A stretch of 64,000 nt of DNA, taken from positions 11,286,001 to 11,350,000 of the forward strand of contig CM052818.1 in NCBI GenBank assembly GCA_028534125.1, written 5' to 3'. Of this stretch, positions 61,727 to 64,000 are shown piece after piece. The notes under the pieces were generated by a model, which saw nothing but the letters and a program-made list of their open reading frames with translations, was not told the origin of the DNA and made no database searches. How positions within the stretch are numbered: position 1 is the stretch's first letter; each line of letters starts with the position of its first letter. The position numbers and the translations under genes are program-made. The DNA is from Lama glama. Taxonomy: Eukaryota.

Positions 61727-64000
61727 ACTTCTGACCAAGATGGAGTAAGAATGACCACACTTATTTTACCTCTGCCTGAAAGAGCTAAAACACCAGACAA
61801 TAATAATGGTTTCCAAGATACTAGCTATCAGGCAATAGACAGTGATCCCTAAGTGATGGGAAGGAACAAATGAGGTGATCCCTACAATTGCCATTAACGT
61901 AGGCTTTGAGAGGCTTTTCAGGCTGTGTAGCATGAGGATGGGGGGCCCGGGCAGAGCCCTGGCAACGAAGAGACAGAGCTGAGTGCGGGGAGACACTGGC
62001 AGACTCAGAGTACTGAAGGAGAGAGGGCTGCACAGGGAAAGGGTCTTGGAGATCGGCAGGGGCCCCTTGAGAATTTAGCAGAGTACTTACCAGCACAGGC
62101 CTGTGATGAAACTACCTGAGGCTGGGGAAGGAAGCGACTGAAAGATTAGAGGAAACACTGCCTGGTGCTCACACAGGGCTGGGAGAGTGCCTGTTTCCCC
62201 AGCAAGACTGAAAACCTCACATTCACAGGATGCTATGAAGAGTGCACATAAGTTCCTTGCCTTACTGGTAGGACAATAACTAGCCATAGGCTAAACACTC
62301 CTCTGGACTCTCCAGAATTCAACTCTTAGGTAACTTAGCTGTGTTCTAGAACAAAAGACAAAAATATTTATGGAAACACAAAACAACCAGGACCCAACAG
62401 GGAGTCTTTTACCAGATGTGCAAAGAACCTGGAAGTTATTACCTAACTGAGCAGTGAAGTCAGTAAGTTAAAAGGAACCCAAAATTGACACAGAAGTTAG
62501 TATTAGAAGATAAGGACATTAAAACAGTATATTATAACTGTATTCTATGTGTTCAAAGAGTTGAGAAGAGTCAAGGAGAATAAAAAGGCCAAAAACTCCT
62601 AGAGATGAAATTCACTTGGATGGGATTAATACATACTAGTCATTGTAAAAGAAAAGATTAATGAATTTGAAGACATGGCAGTAGAAACTACCGTTTATAA
62701 GAAGAACAATTTAAATACAAAGAAACACGTATTTTAAAAGTAGAAAGATGGAAAAAGATTCTCCCTTCTAATACTAATTAGAAGAAAGCTGGATAGGAGG
62801 AGGGAAATATCTCAGTGGTAGAGTGCATTCTTAACATGCATGAGGTCTTGGGTTCAATCCCCAGGACTTCCATTAGGGAAAAAAAAAAAGAAAGAAAGAA
62901 AGCTGGACTGACTATATTAATAGAAAAAGCAGATGCAATGCCACGACAAAGAATATTAGCAAGAGTAAAGAATGTCTCATCATAATGCAAAAGAGTCAGT
63001 TCATAAAAACAGCATAGAAGTCCTAAATGTTTATGCACCTAATAACAGAACTTCAAACTATATAAGGCAAAAAATGAGGATTCCTTGGATAAACAGACAA
63101 TTACATAAGTACAATCTAGGATTTCAATATCCCTTTCTCGATAATGGGTAGAACAAGTAGACAGAAAATCAGTAAAGATGTAAATACCTATGTACATAAA
63201 ACACTCCATCTTATAAACATTAGAATACACATTCTTCAAATACACATCAAACATTTACTGAGATAAACCATATTCTGGGCCACAAAACATGTCTCAACAA
63301 ATGTAAAAGAATTTAAGTCTTGCATAATATGTTTTCTAACCACAAGGAAATTAAATAGGTAATCAAAGCAAAAAGATTTCCCAAAAGTTCCCAAATATTT
63401 GGAAATTTTTACACATTTCTAAATAAACTATAGTCCAAAGAAGAAATAAAAAGAGAAGCTAGAAAGTGATTTGACCTAAATGAAAAGTAAACATACTGTA
63501 TCAAAATTTGTGGCCCAGTAAAGCTGTACTGGGGGCAAGAGAAGGAGATTTATAACATAAAGTAGTTGTGTTAGAAAAGAAGAAAAGTCTTAAATCAATA
63601 AACTCAGCTTCTACCACAAAAACAAACAAACAAAATCCACCAACCTGCAAAAAACAGAGTAAATTAAAGAAAAAAAGCAGAAGAAAGGAAATAATAAATA
63701 AATAAATAAATGAATAAAATGGAAAATAGAAAAACAAGAGAAAAAAATGAGTAAAACCCAAAGCAGGTTCTTTGGGGGGAAAATTGGTAAACTTTTAGCC
63801 AGAGTAATTAAATTAGTAAAAAAGAAAGCAAGAAGACACAAATTCCCCATTCTAGGAAAGGGAGAGGTGACATCACTAAGGTTTTTAGCGTATTGACAGA
63901 TAAGGAAATATTATATCAAATTTATATCAAGAAATTCAACAACTTAGACAAAATGGAAAAATTCCTTGAGGAAACAAACTATGATAACTCACACAAGAAG
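61727..64000 (+). mobile_element. ancient L1MD/L1MC-type element: 5' UTR, partial ORF1 and ORF2 endonuclease region, running off the window
   Basis: Starts acttctgaccaagatggag. ORF2 EN remnants include aaagatggaaaaagat...aagaaagctgga, aatgtttatgcacctaataacaga and ctaaccacaaggaaattaaa. The + strand is A-rich. Confidence 0.9.
62794..62895 (+). mobile_element. tRNA-Ala-derived SINE (camelid Vic-1 type) with 12-bp TSD
   Basis: ggagggaaatatctcagtggtagagtgcattcttaacatgcatgaggtcttgggttcaatcccc with a B-box at 62851-62860 and an A tail. TSD AAGAAAGCTGGA at 62782-62793 and 62896-62907. Confidence 0.93.

Noticed and set aside
62796..62872. tRNA-Ala gene
   Set aside because: The stems and anticodon loop are mutated, and the poly(A) tail and TSD show it is a SINE.
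1..64000. CRISPR array, operon or prokaryotic defence system; naming the host gene
   Set aside because: The DNA is mammalian and non-coding with no repeat-spacer array. No exon is visible that would identify the locus.

Overview
This window is non-coding mammalian genomic DNA, very probably from a camelid (alpaca, llama or camel). The evidence is a tRNA-Ala-derived Vic-1-type SINE and a cetartiodactyl-type L1 3' end. I find no supportable host protein-coding exon, RNA gene or CRISPR array. The ORFs in the track are random, low-complexity or transposon relics. The window is an intronic or intergenic mosaic of old interspersed repeats (MIR, L2, L1M, L3/CR1, MLT1 LTRs, MER58A, MER5, Arthur1-like), microsatellites and one 500-N assembly gap. 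Long repeat-poor stretches carry homeodomain, PBX-MEIS, NFI and CRE motif clusters and look like the enhancer landscape of a developmental regulator, which I cannot name from sequence alone. The most unusual items are: (1) a chimeric young L1 3' end carrying an ancient L1M 3' terminus between short direct repeats (10269-10619); (2) a ~172-bp palindromic relic resembling a PIF/Harbinger MITE (27691-27862); (3) a long L3/CR1 fossil retaining ORF1 esterase, endonuclease and RT motifs (42040-44700); (4) an L1 whose 5' end is fused directly to its 3' end (6208-6983); and (5) two strong conserved-element candidates (37580-38600, 54640-55390). All repeat family names were assigned by eye from remembered consensus features and need RepeatMasker or Dfam confirmation. 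I see no convincing wholly new biological system.
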